64,000 nucleotides of DNA from the NCBI GenBank assembly GCA_025201805.1, contig MU619265.1, positions 83,892-147,891 on the forward strand, in the 5' to 3' direction. The notes below the pieces were generated by a model. It saw nothing but the letters and a program-made list of their open reading frames with translations. It had not been told where the DNA came from and did not search any database. Both the position numbers and the translations under genes were made by a program. Positions 1-14,184 of this stretch are shown here, piece by piece. How positions within the stretch are numbered: position 1 is the stretch's first letter; every line of letters begins with the position of its first letter. This DNA is from Parasitella parasitica NRRL 2501 (Eukaryota; Fungi; Mucoromycota).

Positions 1-697
1 GTTGTTCATAAGCATTGGTAAGGGATTTTCCATTGTTTCGCAAATGATACTCCAGTACATGCGAATTGTTTTAATGAGCTGATGTTACATTTTAAGGTTT
101 CGATTGTGTATCAATCTGATCAACTTTCGTTTTATTTTGCATATTTTTATTCGTCTTGAAACCGCAATTTCAACAACCTAATTCAAGTATGTAGTTTCTA
201 ATTACTCGATATATTGTTCGAAATCCATAGAACCTTTTCCTTTTTAAGTTATTAAGGAGGGGCATCTTGTTTTCTGAATCCATTTCAGTCTTTTTAGAAA
301 TCACTATTAAGATATATTATCTTTCCACATATTTCTTGTGCTAAAAAATTAGCATGTTTCACTGCTAAAATTTTTCTATCCGAATCTCCACNNNNNNNNN
401 NAAAAAAAAAAAAAGCTTAAATGGGAATAATCGTCAATGTAAAAAATTTATTGTGAATCATTTAAGCGGTAAATAGAAGCAAAAATATTCGTAAGCATAA
501 AATAAGCTGAAAAAAAAAGAAAAAAAAAAAGGGAAGATTATCATGAATGATGAGTTTAATCGAAGGGTACAATAATGTTGGAGAATCATAGAAGAATGGA
601 TAGCTATAGAATAATTTAGAAGGAAAACAAAAAGGCATAGGTTTTTCAGTTTCAACGATGGAGTCTATTTTTGGGAACAGCACACTAACTGGACCTT

Positions 698-1546
698 TTA
701 GATACGGACCTGACCTCGAAGCGCATTCAACTGTCGGTCATCTTCTGAAGAAGGTAATTTTTCCCAAGCAATATCTTGAATGGGCAGTAAATAGGATGGT
801 GTGGATGATAGCGATTGAGGGCTGCCTTGCTGTTGTTGATGATAAACATTGCTATGATTCAATGGTGACAATAATGTCTCATTAAAATCATCTTCCGATG
901 ATTGAGGTGATGTTGATGATGTGAGGGAGGGTGGTGGTGGTGATGAATTAGTGGTCAATGAAGAAGAAACAGATAAATTGTCTGTTGAGGGAGAATCGAT
1001 CGAGTCATGTCGATGATAGTGATGCATTGATGCAATGTGTCCACCACCAATATCCAAGGGGTTCAATTCCGGATACAAGCCCTTTGGGATTTCGGTAGAG
1101 TTAAATCTTTGATCTTGGGATGGCCGTAATAGACTCCCAGAGAGAATATCTGATTTTGTATAGTAAGAGATAAGATGAATTTTTTGATTTGATGTGGTGC
1201 AGATTGAGAAACTTTGTTTGATGAGGCCATTTTGTTTGTAAGAAAAGGCGATTTGCTTGACGCCAGGCACTGCCGCTGGAGGTCTACGAGGTCTGCGTTT
1301 TGTGTCCAATTCTTTATAGGTCAAAAAGCTCCCTAAAACTCTGCTTGGAGACCATGTGCGGCCATCTGTCCACCGCCTCATGCCAGCTTCATTTTCATCC
1401 CAAGCAAATACCGATCCAGAATGGATGTTTAAACGTTCTTTAGATGTGAGCCGCCTTTGTACCCTATTCAAGGTGCCTCTTCTACATGCTTCAAAAATTA
1501 AAAGAGCATCTTGAGGCGATTTGATATATCCGATGTAAGTTTCCAT
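698..1546 (-). CDS. Gti1/Pac2 family (WOPR domain) transcription factor
   Basis: Single-exon 282-aa ORF. N-terminus METYIGYIKSPQDALLIFEACRRG...GSVFAWDENEAGMRRWTDGRTWSPSR and GLIKQSFS...HLISYY match the WOPR motifs; S/P-rich tail. Confidence 0.93.
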   Translation of the reverse strand: METYIGYIKSPQDALLIFEACRRGTLNRVQRRLTSKERLNIHSGSVFAWDENEAGMRRWTDGRTWSPSRVLGSFLTYKELDTKRRPRRPPAAVPGVKQIAFSYKQNGLIKQSFSICTTSNQKIHLISYYTKSDILSGSLLRPSQDQRFNSTEIPKGLYPELNPLDIGGGHIASMHHYHRHDSIDSPSTDNLSVSSSLTTNSSPPPPSLTSSTSPQSSEDDFNETLLSPLNHSNVYHQQQQGSPQSLSSTPSYLLPIQDIAWEKLPSSEDDRQLNALRGQVRI

Positions 1547-1813
1547 CTTGTGCTGATTTTTTTTTTTTATATGTATTTGAGAAAAGAGAGAAAAAAGGGT
1601 GAAGATTAAAATTAGAGTCGATCTTGTTATATACCCTTTTTTTTTATATTCCAGTTTTTATAGAAAGTTATGTCATAAATTTCTTAATCTAAAATTATGC
1701 AAAAATAGGAAAAGCACTGCATTTGTACAAAATTGGCAACATCTCGATTTTGTCGTGCTCTTTGTACAATGCCTATATTTTCTCACAGAAAAACAATTAT
1801 TAAGGAATTAGAT

Positions 1814-2958
1814 TTATTCGTTATGCTTCCTTTCTTTTACTACTTTATCAACATAGGGAATTGTGTTTAAAAAATACTTGATTTTTGCGCGTTCACCCGC
1901 ACGAACGACTGATTCATGGCCACATGCAACAAAGAAATAATGTAGGCTTGTGCACATCTATACAAGTATGAGAAATTTGTTAGTGAGCTGTGAGTGTACG
2001 TGTATAAAGTGGTGTATATATTACCAATACGTGCCACCTATTCAGCACAAAGACAGGGTTAGTAAGAAGGGTTTCTATTGCATGCAACACGTAATTACCA
2101 TGCATGAAATTGTGGATTAGGGACATGATCAAACACAAAGCAGAAGTTTGAGTCGAATAGCCATACGCCAAGAGCGAGCAGTAGAAACTTGCATCCTTGA
2201 TGAAACAGCCGAATAACTTGCTCGTTGTCCACATTTTTGTACAGTTTATACACAAAATAGAGGTCTGTCCACATTACCAAGCCAAATGAAGATTGAAACA
2301 TGAAAAATTGAGTTGTGCCTTTGTTTACACTAGTAACATAGGTAGCAAATGCACAGTATATGGAAATACTCGTCGTATACCCAATCCCCTGATACCCATG
2401 TTCATCTAGCAAGACCCACAAAAGCTGACAAGCACACCAAACCATTGGGACCTAAGGGAATTGAGTAACTTGTGTATCTAGGCTTTTTAGAGAGACTTAC
2501 TTCATCCCACATTTGATGTTCAAACTGTAGAGTAGCATGAAATAACACACTATATCACACACAAAATGAGCCCCTGAATTATTAATCACAAGATTGCTTC
2601 CATCACCTTCCAATGCCTACAACTACGATCAACAGATAACTAGCCGACAGCCTCCAGCCAAGTGATTTGTGATGAAGTGCAACACCAAGAAATCCCAATG
2701 CAACCATAGCTAAGCTCTGAGATGTGTGTAAGTGTTGTTGAAGTCAATTGAATATTTCTTGGTCATGTTACGCTATATGTAATATACACTTACCGAAACC
2801 GTATTCCAAAATTCAGCAATGTAATGAGTGTGAGTGTAATTCTCTTCGCACCTACACAGGTTGGTTAGTTTCATTACTTGCTCTTGGATTCTAAATGCAT
2901 AATGTTACCAATCTACTGAACTAGTGACAGGACCCCAATATCCTGCAGCTTGTGTCAT
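1814..2958 (-). CDS. Alkaline ceramidase (YPC1/YDC1/ACER family), multi-exon
   Basis: Hand-spliced: ATG at 2958 MTQAAGYWGPVTSSVDW/CEENY...IAEFWNT; Zn-site HAW/WHVL; last exon MCTSLHYFF...ERKHNE with stop at 1814-1816. Confidence 0.9.
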
Positions 2959-3146
2959 TTTTTTATTTTTGTATATATTTATTTATTCAATTAAGCTTCC
3001 AATAGTGTATATATGTGTTTACAAAAAGAAAACAAAACAAAGGGTGGGGGGAGTGGGAGCTATGTGATATTGTCAAAAACGGCAAGGAAGGCAGAAATTG
3101 AAAGAGTCACAAGGAACTATAATCCACCTGAACAGCAGCTAGGAAA

Positions 3147-3944
3147 CTACATGCCTACCTGATCCATCCAATCTACAGCTTGTTCGAATCTGTCTGCAGT
3201 ATCATTGGGTACAATGTGGTCAATCCAGTTCTCCAAAAAAGCAGGTGCATCTGAATTGGATAGCATCAACAATGGAAAATGGGGTTCAAATTCACTAGCA
3301 GGGTATTTCCGCAACAACTCCAAGGCAGTATGATTATCCTGATCATCAACCATCATCAAGCCAGAGACGGGCTTATTGGATACATATTTCTGCGAAATAC
3401 GCCATGCAACTTGACCGAAGCTAACCATCAAAGGCGGAAAAAAAGAAAGTTCTGCAGTAGCTTGACTCAATTCTAAATTGTGTTGGATGATACATATATT
3501 GATATGAAAGAGGAAGTTGGGGGGGGGGGGAAGGAGGGAGGAAGAGTTGATAATAGCATTGAGTGCTAATTCACTGCATGTATTTACCTTTATAACATGT
3601 CTGCAAAGGTTCCTGTCCCTCAGGTAACTCGATGTATGCTTGCACGCTGGAATAGCCTAATTCGCTGAATCTTTTCTGCCATAAACAAGGTCTTAAAATG
3701 GCACATGTGTGTAAAAAAAATCAGTTTCAGCAAAATAATAAAATGATCTAAATCGTGGTTACACTTTGTCAGTTCTATTTGTCCTCAACAAGAGAATTGG
3801 TGTTGGTCTGTGTATTTCGCAGGTTTCAGATGCATTGCAATTTGTAATCGTGATCTTGTCTCGTGAGATTAATCTATTGAATATTAGTCGCGTATGTTGT
3901 TTGCCTAGTAATTTAGTCGATGTAGTAGTAGCGATAGGAAGCAT
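3147..3944 (-). CDS. Uncharacterised, probably mitochondrial protein with a degenerate alpha/beta-hydrolase-like core (about 3 exons)
   Basis: ORF pieces 3759-3944 and 3147-3470 joined through a middle exon with GT-AG introns. Basic/hydroxylated N-terminus; PPLMVSFGQVAWRISQKYVSNKPVSGLMMVD resembles the region around the nucleophile elbow. Confidence 0.55.
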
Positions 3945-5173
3945 ATTTTATAGGGAACTAGTGATGTTATGATGGTGAATATAGAACAAAAAGAACAAAA
4001 ACAAAACAAACCAAAATTAGCAACACCAACCAAAATTATGGCTTCAAGCGGGGGGGGGGGAGGTGGTTGAGGGTTAAGTTGGGTTAATAAAAAACCTTAA
4101 TGATGGTCAGCATTCCCGCCTAACACACATGATAATAGAGGCGCAAGTCTATAATATGATCTAGATTAAAGGCCTTATAAATATGCACATAGTCCATCGT
4201 TTCATTACATGGCCATTTTAGGTTGAACTACAAATAAGAGCCCAAATAAAATATTCAATACGAATGTTCCAATTATGAATATCAAACAAATCTCTGCTTT
4301 TGTTTCGATAGCTATTATAATTTCGTTTTCCAACAACAGAGTCTATACTACCGACTACCCAAACCTTCATTAATGGAAGAATAAAAAGCTTAATTCATTA
4401 TAGTCATCCCTTTTTCCGCGAATAAAATTGTAGATTTCAAGACTAAATGTATGCATGATTGCCTTAATGGTACATCTCCAAACAACATTTTTAAATTCAA
4501 AGGGAATTATAGCGTATAAGAGCTTATAAATACTAGATTTTTGTGTCAGATACCCTCTTACATCATACATTGCTTATTTTGCAGTGAACTAGCTACAAAG
4601 AGTCCTTGTTAAACTTCGGTTTTTACACACCAAAGACTTGCTTTCTCTCATGGAGAACAATACCAGCACTGATGTTGTAGACATCGAAACACGCCATTTC
4701 AGAATGATTTTTTTTTACAACTTTGATGGCTCAAGTATTAGCCTTTTTGACCGATCTGAGGACTTGGAACCATACCAAATGGTTTCTCAGGACCCATACT
4801 TGGGACTTGATGCATCTTTGCTACAGAAATGGGCAGTGAAAAAATCATTAATTTTCGACAATTTTTTATGAGCATCTACAAGTTTGACCTAAAAAAAAAA
4901 GAGGCTAAGGTTTGCAAGTAATGCTTGAAAACTTTTAGTTCAAAAGTGTATTCCTCTTTAATCGCAAATTGCTCAATATTTTCTTTTACAACTTTATTTT
5001 CAATACACACCATTAGATGCGCAATTAAATGATCTACGAGTGGACTTGGCCTGAAAGGATGTGTTAAATTGGTATCATTTAGAGAAATTGGCGAGAAAGC
5101 CCAAAAAAAGTTCGGAAAGTGCCACAGTTGCTCAATTTTAGAAGAAAAACACAGCGGGCATTCATTCATTTTG

Positions 5174-5200
5174 CCTCCTCCTCCTCCTCCTCCTCCTCCT
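5174..5200. repeat. (CCT)n microsatellite
   Basis: About 9 CCT units seen directly. Confidence 0.9.
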
Positions 5201-5529
5201 CATAATCAAGCTCAAAGCAAGCATTCGTGTATTGATATACGCATGCCTAGTAGAAGTCAAGGTTTAAGGCTGAAAATAGTCGAAAAGCTCATACCCAATC
5301 CGGTATACACAGCACAGCGTTTTAAACTCTCCAACAGCAAAAATATACTTTGTGTAATATGATACAAGTAGTAAATTCACCTAATTCAAACATTTAAATT
5401 ACTGATATTTCGTAAACGTGATCCTATATTAAGCAACAAAATATATATTGTGTTACTCGAAATAAGCATCTAATAATTAACGCCCTTCTTTTTCCTTAAT
5501 ATATATACATAAACTTACAATTTCTCAAT

Positions 5530-7178
5530 ATGAATTTATCACATACAACTCGCACCCATGGAAATGTATTTCACCAACGAAGACCGTCGTTGACAACAGC
5601 ATGTCCACCACCCGACAGGAGAAAGGATTCTGATCTGAATAAAAGAAGGGGCAGCAGCCAATATACGCTCATAACAAATCGGAAATCCTGGGTCAACAGA
5701 ATATTCAACATGCCTGCTATACAGTTGGTTGGATGGGCTTATCTAATTGCATGCTTTTGTCTGTCTACAATTCACCTAGTGGGCTCGTTCTCATTATTGG
5801 ATCCAAATGCCGGTATGTCAAGAAAAATGCATTTGCTTCTGTACAGCTAACAATGAGATTTATGCCAGTGAGAGAACCGAGAATAGATTGGGATAGAATA
5901 CTACTGGAAAAACAGCAAGCGACGCCATGGTCTCAATTAGATGGTATATTGCCAGAAACTCGTCTATCGAAAATGTTTAGCAAATCTATTGTCAACAACG
6001 GGTTTATTCGTCCTTATTGGTTTACAGCATCTACTCGACCTTCTAGAGAGGCGTTGACTCTTACAACAGTGGTTGAATCACGGGATTTAGAACATTTGAT
6101 TCAATTAGCCGAAATGTATGAAGGTATGAAGTATGCTATTGTTGTTGAAAGACAAGTCGTATAACATTTGTGTGTACATATATCGTATACAGGCCCTATT
6201 TCGGCAACATTGTTAGTGCCATCAACCAAGAACATCAACCATGAGCTATCCATTACACAATTGACAGCGATTCGCAATGAGTACGAGACAAACATTGCAC
6301 TGAGACGACATGTAGATATCCATCTTGTGCTTCAACCCGGTGGGCTCACAGAGGACGGGCAGGTGATTGCTACAGGAGGATACCAAGAAGCTCGCAACTT
6401 GGCACGTCTGTTCAGCCGCACAAACTACGCCGCACTTGTGCCAGTGGCAACCCTGTGGATGACCGATATCGCTCAATCGTTCAAAAGCGCGCTTCATTTG
6501 CTACAAGCAGGCGACTTGCTTATTATCCCTACGTTTGGATTCCCCAATTACAAAGGCGTAGATACGAAATCATGGCCGCTTGATAAGCAATCCATGATTG
6601 AGTGGGTAGACGGTGGTGATATGGGCTTATTGGATTACAATTACGAGTTGAACAACGGGCCTACTTCTTATTCAACATGGAAAGAAGCCAAGAAACCTTA
6701 TCTTGTGCCAAACTATGACTACAAATACGGCCCCATCTACATTTCAGCCAAATCCAATCATCCTTGGTAAGCCGAGTCGACTCATAATCCGCTCGATACC
6801 GTACTAATGAAACAATCTATTTTACGCATACAATGTAGGTGCGAAGAAAGGTTCGAAGACGATTTGTCGTCATGCATCTACAATGCTTATTTAGCAGGAG
6901 CTAATCTATGGGTCAGCCATAGTGATTTTGCGATCAGAACTGGTCAAGAGCCGGCCAACACACTGTATACGCCACAGCAGCGGAAGATCCAAAACAAAAT
7001 TGCTCGCAGATACCGCATCGAGCAGTGCGTATTTTATGCTCGGCAATTCGATCAGCGTGGTACATTTAATTCTGAAAGAGCAGAACACGTCAAACAAGAG
7101 TGTTCAAAGGCCCTGTTGAGCCTGCAGAAAGAAAAGATGATATCAGATATTATTGCAAAAGAGGATGGCCGGTACTAG
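5530..7178 (+). CDS. Glycosyltransferase family 49-like type II membrane protein, multi-exon
   Basis: TM segment (LVGWAYLIACFCLSTIHLV) followed by GPISATL, HVDIHLV, ARNLARLFSRT, W/CEERF and YLAGANLWV motifs typical of fungal GT49. Confidence 0.75.
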
Positions 7179-7502
7179 TCTGTTGCATAGAAAATTGTAA
7201 ATAAGTAACAATAATAATAAAAGACTCTGATTCATGTACTGATTGGAACCCTTACTTCCATGTCAATCGGAATTGCATCTTTCACTCCAGACTCCATCCA
7301 ATCATACAGTGTCATCTTTCCGTTTCTTCATATTACACATTCTGACTTTTATGTTTTTCCTTTTTCAATACAGGCCTTTTGGCAATGAGGAGAAGGAAAA
7401 TTTTCGTTATATTTTAGCCTCGCTTGTTGCATATGTTCTTTTTCTTCTTTTCTTTCTTTAGTAACTTTTTTTTTTGTTTTTGTTTGCACAAGAGAAACAA
7501 AA

Positions 7503-8048
7503 ATGGCATCAACAGCGAGCTCAGCAGTATCCAAGAGTGCTCTTCGTAAATTCATAGATTCGCCAGCTGGTCCCAAGACCATTCATTTTTGGGCTCCTGC
7601 CATGAAATGGGTAAGTAGATGGATATAGCGATGGATTTCTCGTACGCGTTACGATGGGCCATGTAGATGCTCATACCAGTCAATTAGGCTCTAGTCATTG
7701 CCGGTATCGGAGACATGCAGCGTCCTGCTGAAAAGTTGAGTTTGACTCAAAATCTTTGTAAGTAGCAAAACTGGTATAAAAGCTCGGCGTTAACACGTTG
7801 CTAGCCTTGATGATGACCGGCCTTATCTGGTCTCGTTACTCTATGGTTATTATCCCCAAAAACTATTCTCTGTTGGCAGTCAACATTTTTGTGTTTGGTA
7901 CTAGCTCTATTCAATGTTCTCGTATTTGGAAGTAAGTTTTATGATGGGTTTGGTTATGGCATCTTATTGAACAGCGCCAATCGTTAGATATCGTCAAACT
8001 GAGGAATATAAGCAACAACAAAAGCAATTGGAACAAAAGCAAGCATAA
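7503..8048 (+). CDS. MPC2: Mitochondrial pyruvate carrier subunit 2 (4 exons; absent from the ORF track)
   Basis: Hand-spliced: MASTASSAVSKSALRKFIDSPAGPKTIHFWAPAMKW/ALVIAGIGDMQRPAEKLSLTQNL/SLMMTGLIWSRYSMVIIPKNYSLLAVNIFV...; stop at 8046-8048. Confidence 0.92.
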
Positions 8049-8558
8049 AAGCCATATAAAGTATTTAAATGTATAGTAATAAATTTTTCTTTTTTTTTTT
8101 TCTTGGTACATAAAGTAACAGCACTACCCGACTTTCCCCCACTCATTACCGCCCTGTAGCACTAGACTTGCAACCGTAAAAAGATTCCTACAAAGTGAGT
8201 CAAGTGGTGAATACCGAATACGAATTGCATTAGCGTTTATCTTTGAAATGATGCTTGACTTTTGATACTGTCCAAACAAGCGAACGTTCCATCGTTCAGA
8301 AGACCATTATTACATCTTGCCGGATTTTCTATTTTACCTCATCAGGTTCAATGTTTATGAGGGTATTTCCGTACTACCTACACAACTTTTAAGACATACT
8401 TGATTTGGGCTACCACCACAGTAGTTTAGGTTTTTCAAGATGTTCGTTATATATTGTAGAGTATATTGTACAGAGGATTTCTTTGTTTATTTATGTTTAT
8501 AGATGATTGATGACAAACTATATCTTTTTTTTGTGGTTTTATTTACATTTTACGATTA

Positions 8559-11500
8559 CTACCATGGAACTTGGTCATCATCATCGTCGCTATCGTCTTT
8601 TGAAGGGTGTCGATGTATATTCTCATATACAGACTCGTAAGGATATTCTACTTCATTGTCTCCGTCTGGAGAGTAACCCTCTTGTTGCTTTTGATTCAGT
8701 TGAGAAGAACGAGGTCTCTCAGCATCATCATCACCATGGTTATCGTCATCGTTATCTCCCAGTCGAATAACGTCAATGCCTTGCTTTACCCCACTTGAAC
8801 TATCATCATCGTTATCGTTATCGTTATCGTCATCGTCATCGTCATCATCATCAAATCGTATAAGTGAGCTATCGTGTAACGCCTGTGGCTGTTGCTGTTG
8901 CTTAGGCGTATGGCCATGCATCGAAGGTTCAGGGCTAGGGCCACTTCCCATATTGATCAAGTAAGCATCCTCAAATGAGAGGGACGAGTTTCGGTCTAAA
9001 AATGATTTGTTTGTCGCAGAGGGTGAGGGAGATCCATTCATGGCTGCATTGGCACTCGACGACAGCCATTTGAGGTTTGTAGCAGGGCTATTGCCCATTG
9101 AGTTGCTGGAAGGCGAAAACGACGTTTGCATTGCTTTGGATATATTGTCTACATACATTGTTAGTAAAAAAAAAAAAAAAAAAAAAAGGTTCATTCCTCG
9201 GTATATACGCCTACCCTCTAACTCTGCTAATGCGTCCTCCATATTTTCCTCGGCGCTGTCATTTGCAATACGAGTAGTTGTATTCTTGACACGATCAATG
9301 CGGCTGGAGACGGGCTCGGGCATGCCTTTCAACATGATCATGGTATCCGTATTGGGTATAATTCCTGCATGGAGTAGACGCTGCAAATCTTTCGTCTCTT
9401 GGTATTTTTGAAAGATGAATTGGTGCCGCGTCCATAAGGCAGGCTCATCGTTCGTGTAGGTTGTAATTTCAGCATTCGAGAGCCAAAGCTTCTTTTTGCG
9501 CGTATCAACAGCAAACGCATTTTTCTGGCTATTGCTGCTTTGCTTGTTCTTCTTTTTCTTCTGGTTGTTTGCATGCGGTTCAGGGCTGGTTTCTTCTGGA
9601 GGTGAACAGGACGATGCAGAGTCTACGCTCAAACGCACCTCGTCCCACTCAACATTCCTGGCTACTCGCCACTCTGCCACATCTTCTTCTTTGAGCGATA
9701 AATCCAACTTTTCTAGCATTCGTCCGTTTTCTCGCTTCTTAACAACCGTCTTAGCCACCCAACAACGATGCAGCGTCAAAACGCCGTCTGGATGGAAGGA
9801 ATACATGTCCTGGTATCCAATCTCATCATTGATCATCTTGGTAGAGTCATCGTATTCCTCATCAAATCCAAACATCAGTGTGTCGCTGCCTGAATTCTTG
9901 TCCCATTTCTTGGATTGCTGGCTGCTGCTAGTTGGCATATAAGGAATATGACTCATGCTGGAACCGAACGAGCTCAACATGCTCGTAGCTTGCTGTTTGA
10001 TGGAGCCCAGCGGATTTGCATTTGGCGAATCAGAGTTTGAGGACAAAGAGGTGTGAGACGAAAGGCTGCTTTTATACACGCTGTTGTTCACAAGGTAAGG
10101 AGATTTGGAGGCTGTAACAAACATGGCGATGATCTTTGCCTTGGGTTCCTTAGCTGTATTGCGACTGACAAAGGCAGACGGAGGAGGCATCATGGAAGAA
10201 ACATACTGAGGAGGTGTAGGGCCATAATAGCCGTGAGAATAACCGCTTCCGTTCTGCTGCTGCTGCTGCTGCTGCTGGCCAATAAATTTGCCTAGGTCGT
10301 CCTGAGAAGAATTAAGGCTGTTGCCTGGCATTTTTCTGCGCTGTTTAATGCGAATAACTGAATTCAGCACGGTTGCTTTCGGTTTGGCCTTGCTGTTGCT
10401 GCTGGCCATCAAAGGATGATAGACAGGGTTGTTCACTTTGCCATGCACATGTCCCGATATTTCAGGTTTGCCACCGTAGGGGTTGATGGCGTAAACATGA
10501 GTGGTGCCTCTTGCAGTCGTGATGGCGCACCATGTGGAATCAACCGAGAATTGGCAGTCTACAACTTGAGCATCCGTAATCCCTCTTGATAAACTATACA
10601 GATGAGAAGCGTTACCGTGCACCGTGTTGGCCAGAATGCCAAATATATGAAATGTATGGCCTTGTTTCGAAGCAGACATAAGCAGTGTCCCCGCTTGGTT
10701 GAATGTGAGGCAGGATACAGGGTGTGAATGCGGTCTAAAATGTGCAATGGTTGACAAGGACAGGTTCCTTGTGGGTGTCTTGGGCAGCTTTAGAATATCT
10801 CTAATCATGATCTGTGTGGGCAATATGCGTGAGTCATTGTATCGAGGGCATGAATCAGGCAACTTACCATGCCAGATGGCACCATCTTCTTTGCTGAATT
10901 CAAAGAATTGCTTGTATTCAAGTATATATTGTCATTGGGCGAGCCGTTTTGAATATTAGTTTTCCTGCTGGAGGGGCTCGATGGATCGTACATTTCTTGC
11001 TGCGGTGGCCCTTGAGGATGTGGCTGTAGTTGATTCCCAAAGTAGTTTTGCAGTGTGTTGAACCCAAACTCGCCCAGCGTCTTCATCCCACTAACGACTT
11101 CCTTTGCAATGTCCTTTGCGGCACCTTTTACATCCTTGTCGCCTTGTAACACATTATAGCTTGTTAGGGAGCTCATGACTGGATCTGAATTCAAAACCGC
11201 AGTATTGGTAGCATAAGCGATAAATCGAGAACCCAGTGTGAATATGGGGCCTTGGCTTGGGTCATGGTATATATCGGTCAACGGTGATGCAAATGGAGTG
11301 TAATCTGCAGCAGATAAAATCCGGATAAATGAGCGATGGCGGGATGAACAGCCCTAAGGGGAGGAGGGGGGAGAAAAGTGAGTAAAACATTGATGATGAT
11401 GATAGTGATGTGATGTGTTGGTGAAACTTTACCAGTGCAATGACCTTGTGGTTACTTTTTATGCATGTGACTATGGCTATATCATCATTCTCTTCGTCGC

Positions 11501-12326
11501 CAAAATCACTGATTTCTTTGATGGTAGATTGAGATTGCAAAGAGTATATGATGAGGCGGGAAGATGTCGTGGTTGATGCTGTCGAAGTGGACGAGGTCGA
11601 ATTCATTCTGTTGTGCGTCTGCGCAGGCTCATTACTGCTAACATTCTGTAAATTGGCACTTGTTGCGCTAGTCGTAGTTTCCGATCTATCATATCATGAA
11701 AGGGGAATGGCAGTAGAAATCAGTTAATTAAAAGGGGTGTGAATTTTTTTTTCTGCTGTAAACACATACATAATAGCTAGTACCGGCTCTTGTTGACCTT
11801 GTAGAATGTGGATAAATGATACCACGCCAAACGCATCTTTATCTCTGATAGAAACCAACTCATGGACATTGTCCGGATTGCTGATATCCCACAGCTGAAA
11901 TCCGTCATGATAGCCCAATAACAGACATGATATTGTCTTTTCTCGATACTCTAATTTTTCAAAGGCTGCAAACGAAATAGCATCCACATCGTCCATATCC
12001 TCAATTACATCGTCAGCCAAAGCTGCTTGTTGCTGCTGCTGCTGCTGCTGCTGCTTCTGTTGCTGTGCTTGGTATTGCTGATATTGGGGGTCAAAGGGCG
12101 ATGTCATGCTTGTTGATTTTCTTTTGGGGAGATTAGATGTAACGTAAGATGATATCCTTGATATACCTGAGGATATGCTTTCAAAAGAAGTGGGATCCCT
12201 GATGTACGCAGCACATGTGTAAATAACAAAGAAAAAAATAGCTCCCCTTCAAGTCTCGCTCCTTGAGCAACCATACCTTAAAAACTTGGGCTCTGCTCGA
12301 ACACCGTTATAAACATTGGATTCCAT
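8559..12326 (-). CDS. BCAS3/ATG18-like WD40 beta-propeller protein, multi-exon
   Basis: ATG at 12326 (MESNVYNGVRAEPKFL). LLLGYHDGFQLWDI, FTLGSRFIAYA, IAHFRPHSHPVSCLTFNQAGTLLMSAS, LYSLSRGIT, ARGTTHVYAINPYGG and WLSNAEITT are BCAS3-type motifs. Confidence 0.85.
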
Positions 12327-13812
12327 TCTACTGGACAAAAGATAAGCAACTTAATCTCGCTGGTGTATCTTGAAAAAAAGTTACCGAATAAGTTATGATA
12401 TATATATGTGTGTGTGTTTATTGTATATAATGCTGATGAAAGCTTGAAATGAACCAAGTAAGCTTGTTGTCGACAACTTGGTTTCTAGGGTTGTAGGAAA
12501 ATGTTTTGTGTTGCTACAATATGGTTTAAAAAAGTACAAGGATATGAGGAGAATAAGATGAGTTTTGAACGAGTTGGATTATAAGAGAGTGCGTGCGTGA
12601 GAAAAAAAAAAAAAAAAAAAAAAAAAAGAAAGAAAAAAAGTGGAAAAAGGGAGAGGGCAAAGAAAGACTCATTTGCATTAATGTCCTAGATGTATGGATG
12701 GTCCACCCAATCACATGAACTTGTCACGAACATGTTCAACTACCAATCATCCAGTGCTGATTAGCAACTACTCAATGATGATGGACAGACCATAACGTGA
12801 TGATCATCTTCAAGCCATTATTGGATTTTATTTTCATTTTTATTCATTTTTTTATGGAAACAAAAAACAAAAAAAAAAAAGGATCCGCAGACGGAACCCC
12901 AAAGAGCCCAATACCTTAAAGCACTGGGCAAGGTACAGAAGAGCAAACGAAAATCAGAAATCAAAAATGGATTGCCGCTCCTCTTTCAGTGAATTGGGAA
13001 CCTGTCCAACCCAACCTTACTAGAGGCGGATGCAAGTTGCTAGTGAGAACGTTCAACCTTGTTCCCTCAATCAGAGCAAACGTGAGCAGATGCAGAGAAA
13101 AGAACAGAAAAATTGGGAGCGACGTCTGCGCACTCTTTTATAGCTTTTCGAGCTAGAAAATGTGTCTGTTTTTTTCCTTTTTTCTTGCAAGCCACTTTGT
13201 TTCTCGTATCAGCACATCCCAGGCATCAAATGTGCGTAAAATTGAATGCTTACATGTTGGTGGAAATCATCGGTCAACCAAAAATCAATTTGTGCACATT
13301 TATCCCCAACAAGAACAATTGGGGGTAATTGCCATTGCAGGTATGTATAACTGATAGGCTCGGCAAGTACGGAGCATAACGTTCGAAATCGATCAAAGCA
13401 TGTGTTTCTCGATACCAGATGGCAATCGCACCTCACAAACGGACTCAAAACAAGGTTTTTTTTTTAGGGTTTCTGCGCTTGTTGCACCACAACTGCATGA
13501 ATACATACTGGGAACCATCATGTATCAGATCCTACACATCTTGACCACAGAACAGAAAATTCTTGTCTATATCCATTTGTATCAAAAAAATGAACAATAC
13601 ATATAAAGAGGCTAAAACACACGACTATCATAGTGTAATGTGTTAATAACTTTAAGCGTTACAGGTAAACGAATGTACAAGGACCATTGCTTTTTTTGCG
13701 GATAGGATCTGGCATGGATAAAGCAGCCGGTGTAACTAGAATTTCAGGATAATATAACCATCACTATGAGGCAGATTAATATGTTATTGTCTGGTTTCAG
13801 CGCTTCAGAAAG

Positions 13813-13816
<4 letters not shown>

Positions 13817-13845
<29 letters not shown>
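13817..13845. repeat. (AG)n microsatellite
   Basis: Dinucleotide run seen directly. Confidence 0.9.
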
Positions 13846-13851
<6 letters not shown>

Positions 13852-14184
13852 CTCTTTATATGATAATTGGCGAGATGGATGTGCATTGATAAATGTTGCC
13901 ATACTATATCAAAGCACCGCATTGGTCCTAATGAGCTTGGTTCACTATTCTCTGTATTTCATTTAAATAGAGCCTACCCTTATAGGCTCATCATTGAATC
14001 ACGCCGCTTAAACCATTTTACTTCATCTCATCCATTGTAAGCAGGAAGAGCGTGAGTACACATCTTTTGTCATACGATCGACCAATCAGCAGAATGATAC
14101 TTTCCCTATAAAAAGTCCCCTTTTTTATATTTTAAGCTTTTCCTTTTTCCCTCTTAATATATAAATCTCCTGTCGGTTTAAAGC

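Noticed and set aside
4370-5169. Minus-strand ORF fragments (MNECPLCF...) that may be a decayed gene
   Set aside because: Several stops and no motif I can assign to a family.
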